Shown: one piece after another, positions 63,938 to 64,000 of the stretch
How positions within the stretch are numbered: position 1 is the first letter of the stretch
Layout of the letters: each line of letters begins with the position of its first letter
Assembly (NCBI RefSeq): GCF_006345805.1
Contig: NC_043001.1
Location: forward strand, 129,518,001 to 129,582,000
Direction of reading: 5' to 3'
Source: Octopus sinensis
Lineage: Eukaryota
DNA: 64,000 nt
The notes under the pieces: generated by a model
What the model saw: the letters and a program-made list of their open reading frames with translations, nothing else
Told to the model about the DNA's origin: nothing
Databases searched by the model: none
Position numbers and translations under genes: made by a program

Positions 63938-64000
63938 TTGTTTATTTATTATTTTTACTTTCCACTGCTTTATAATAAATATGATTTAATCACTTAAACT

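Overview
AT-rich, repeat-saturated eukaryotic DNA. The SINE families and the dense (TA)n/(CA)n/(GATA)n/(AAT)n tracts point to an octopod cephalopod (Octopus); this is my inference from pattern recognition. No host protein-coding gene can be called with confidence, so the window reads as intronic or intergenic, with only a few weak plus-strand exon candidates. Nearly all ORFs in the supplied track are microsatellite artefacts. The real coding remnants come from transposons: RTE/BovB-like, R4/Dong, CR1/L2-like, mariner, Tc1 and pogo/Tigger. The window also holds several tRNA-derived or RTE-related SINE families, Helentron-type HINEs, MITEs and one 100-N gap. The most interesting signal is a set of sequence-unrelated minimal type I hammerhead ribozyme (HHR) motifs of the Penelope-like element (PLE) kind. 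One has a canonical core (4677-4720, minus), one is decayed (8202-8247), and one is carried in both arms of a perfect 212-bp palindrome (40223-40653). Two further fold-back hairpins (23.2 kb and 43.3 kb) have their apex at what looks like HHR stem II. A 10-bp satellite of perfect 5' splice-donor motifs lies at 37.4-38.0 kb. Repeat boundaries were read by eye and are approximate unless TSDs or TIRs are given.
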